This document shows positions 61,389 through 64,000 of a stretch of DNA of 64,000 bases, one piece after another. Source of the stretch: a bacterium (GTDB lineage: Bacteria > UBA8248); assembly GCA_965213685.1 (NCBI GenBank), contig CBDBZY010000018.1, positions 749,004-813,003 of the forward strand. Reading direction: 5' to 3'. The number at the start of each line of letters is the position of its first letter. The stretch's first letter is position 1. The notes under the pieces are model-generated. The model was not told the origin of the DNA. It saw nothing but the letters and a program-made list of their open reading frames with translations, and ran no database searches. A program made the translations under genes and the position numbers.

Positions 61389-61690
61389 CAGCCTTGTTGG
61401 GTAGTCACCCCTCCAGAATTCATCATTTAACCTCTCAAAGTTTGATTGCCATGTATGCTTACCGGTATCTTCTGATTCACATCGTCTGATTCACAATCAT
61501 TGTCAGTCCTATAGTATGTACCTAAAACACTCACACCTCCTATGTCTGGTATCATCTGCTGCTGAACACTCTCACTTGATTTTGGTATATACCCACAATA
61601 ATCTCTTATGAAACATGACCATATACACTTAATTAAACTATACCATGTCTTTCATTATGCTGGCTACTGTACTTGTGGTTCAGTACAAAG

Positions 61691-62206
61691 AGGAGGATCC
61701 CAGACTGTCGGGATCTCCCACATATAGTAGTAGTAGCTGCAGTGGTAGTTCAGGACTAACAGGAGGATCCCGGACTGTCGAGATCCTCCGGACATAGTAC
61801 TGGCAGCTGCAGTGGTAGTTCAGGACTAACAGGAGGATCCCGGACTGTCGGGATCCTCCGGACATAGTACTGGCAGCTGCAGTGGTAGTTCAGGACCAAC
61901 AGGAGGATCCCGGACTGTCGGGATCCTCCGGACATAGTACTGGCAGCTGCAGTGGTAGTTCAGGACCAACAGGAGGATTCCGGACTGTCGGGATCCTCCG
62001 GACATAGTACTGGCAGCTGCAGTGGTAGTTCAGGACTAACAGGAGGATCCCGGACTGTCGGGATCCTCCGGACATAGTACTGGCAGCTGCAGTGGTAGTT
62101 CAGGACCAACAGGAGGATTCCGGACTGTCGGGATCCTCCGGACATAGTACTGGCAGCTGCAGTAGTAGTTCAGGACTAACAGGAGGATTTCTGACTGTTG
62201 GGATCC
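61691..62206. repeat. 70-bp tandem minisatellite, 7 full units plus a partial, each with an 11-bp-stem hairpin
   Basis: Unit AGGAGGATCCCGGACTGTCGGGATCCTCCGGACATAGTACTGGCAGCTGCAGTGGTAGTTCAGGAC(T/C)AAC starting at 61691, 61761, 61831, 61901, 61971, 62041, 62111 and 62181. Confidence 0.97.
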
Positions 62207-63349
62207 TAGTAGTAGCTCATTTCCTAGTTCCCTTATTAATGTCATATGTGACCTTTGACCCTTGAAACATATTGTGGGAGGGACACCTGTGGATGGAGAG
62301 ATCCTCCTAACATAGTGGGACTAGTGTGTTGTTTAAGGACAAACAGGAGTGGTCCTAGACTGCCTGGATAGAGGCAGTAGAAGGAGACTTTTATAGTATG
62401 TGGGTGAATAACATGTCCTGCATGGGATCCTACAGACTGATAGGAATGTTGAAGGCAACCCTGGGACAAGACTGGTCTCAGCTCACCTTGCTCTCTGTTC
62501 TGTGTCCCTCTCTCTGTTTCCCTTCCCTCCCCAGCTCCCTCCACTGGTAAGGAGGCAGTTGGAGGGACTGTGTAGAGGAATTGCTCGATGGAGAATGAGA
62601 GCTCTCTTAGACCAGACGATCTCACAGGAGTCAGTAGGTTGAACCAGGAAGGAGAGAATGGACTTCTTCCAGCAAGCCAATCGCAAACAAGCTCCTTGGC
62701 ATATGAATCCTAACTAAATAGAAAGTAGATAGTGGCAAGCAAGCATTTGTAAACAAACCTATCATCTGAGTGGCAGTGATATACTCTGAGCGGTATCTCC
62801 ATATCTCCTGCCACAAGTCCACTCCAATCACTGAACTGAGACGCTCAATGGCAGAGATACTGAACCAACTGTCAGGATGGTAGGGGTGGGCTATAGAGAT
62901 GGGGAGAGGATGTGAGTGGTGGGAGGAGGCATGAGATGAGATGGAAAACAAGAGGAAGTGGACAAGTCAAAGAGAATGAGATAGGACAAGGGAGAGGGGG
63001 GGAAGGGGCACAATAGGAAAGAATGTTAGAACTGAATACACACAAGTGTGTGATACGCATGCATCTTCATCTAAGCAGAATGTGTGGGTACACATGCATC
63101 TTTATCTAGATAGGCACTATTTGGGGGACAAGAACAAATTAAGACTTAGGAGCTAACATTTCTGAAATCATTCCCAAGCACAAAACACAGCCACAATTCT
63201 AAACTGGAGGTGACCCCTGAATGACCACACTCACCTCACCTTCCTCCCACACCCCTTATGTAGCTGTGACAGAGAACTACTCTCACAACCACATGGCCCA
63301 AATTTAGACTGATTACTCCACTATAGACATGCACAGTAATCACAATCCA

Positions 63350-64000
63350 TACCTTCCAATTGGCTAATCCATGCTCCATCATCAGTCACTACCATCAGGT
63401 CTCCAGTTGGGAGAGTGAGGGCACAACTGCTGGAAAAGGAGGAGGAGCAGGAGTATCCTCTACATGTACCCAGGACTGGGGGTGGGGATAATATGCACTG
63501 ATTGCTATTCTGGATCGTCCCCTAATTCGAGTGTCAAAACATTATTATATCAAGCAATACTGCCAATCAGATGAGGTGCTGGTGGTAGTCTGGTCCATAC
63601 TTGGGACTGAGAGATATTTTCAGTTGAGTCCACAATAGACTGCACTGTGGCTCTGAACACTTCACAACTCAGCCCCAATCCTCCTCCAAGATACAACTTA
63701 CCATTTAGTAGTACTATTTTCATATCCCAACGTGCCACAGGTAGAGGTTGGGCCATCATCCAGGAGTGGCCATTGAACAGTTCAACAACATCAGTACTAG
63801 ACACAGGCAGACTGGTATGTCACCACCAGCTACAATAATAATATTTCCACTGCTCACAGCTGATGCATAGCGACGTGCCACAGTCATTGGTGGCAGTGAT
63901 GGATGCCACTCTCCCTCCTGCCACACCAACACTCTGTTAACTCTGTTAATGATTCTACCAATACCTATCTCCTGGCCACCGATCAGCACCAGCTGGGAGT
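63350..64000 (-). pseudogene. Kelch-repeat protein pseudogene (runs off the window end)
   Basis: LIGG...VLVWQEGEWHPSLPPMTVARRYASAVSSGNIIIVAGG; frameshift; VELFNGHSWMMAQPLP...KLYLGGG...VWTRLPPAP; then stops and further frameshifts. Confidence 0.85.

Noticed and set aside
61691-62206. CRISPR-like array (hairpin repeat plus spacer)
   Set aside because: The sequence between hairpins is the same in every unit, so this is a plain tandem repeat. The short ORFs over it are artefacts of the 70-bp period.
62242-62951. Minus-strand coding exon(s)
   Set aside because: Short overlapping ORFs with stops and no motif I recognise; a decayed exon cannot be supported or excluded.

Overview
Repeat-rich, intron-containing eukaryotic DNA, probably from an early-branching animal such as a demosponge. 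That assignment is an inference from the gene families, short GT-AG introns, pervasive (TA)CATGTA and CpG depletion. The main host locus is on the minus strand: a spliced, apparently intact Roc-COR GTPase / ZU5 / UPA-like / death-domain gene (14407-9347). Upstream of it is a spliced six-blade Kelch gene (24007-18743) whose last recognisable exon is phase-compatible with the Roc exon, so the two may be one protein. Most of the rest is mobile DNA: a foldback P-superfamily element built from two inverted 5' ends (3876-6920, 7-bp TSD) with a nested MITE; an AcademH-like derivative; two CR1/L2-type LINE copies; tRNA-derived SINEs; HINE-like elements; several MITEs; and a degenerate Penelope-type hammerhead ribozyme. 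The most unusual part is a pair of convergent intron-containing genes at 35.8-41.0 kb, a DUF927/Cch-like P-loop helicase and a DDE transposase fused to OTU protease and CXC domains, abutting a 3-kb 20-bp satellite. A second prokaryote-type helicase (DUF3987-like, intron-containing, 57.9-61.4 kb) abuts a 70-bp hairpin array. A multi-kb non-coding segment occurs three times. All family assignments come from motif recognition by eye; no database searches were run.
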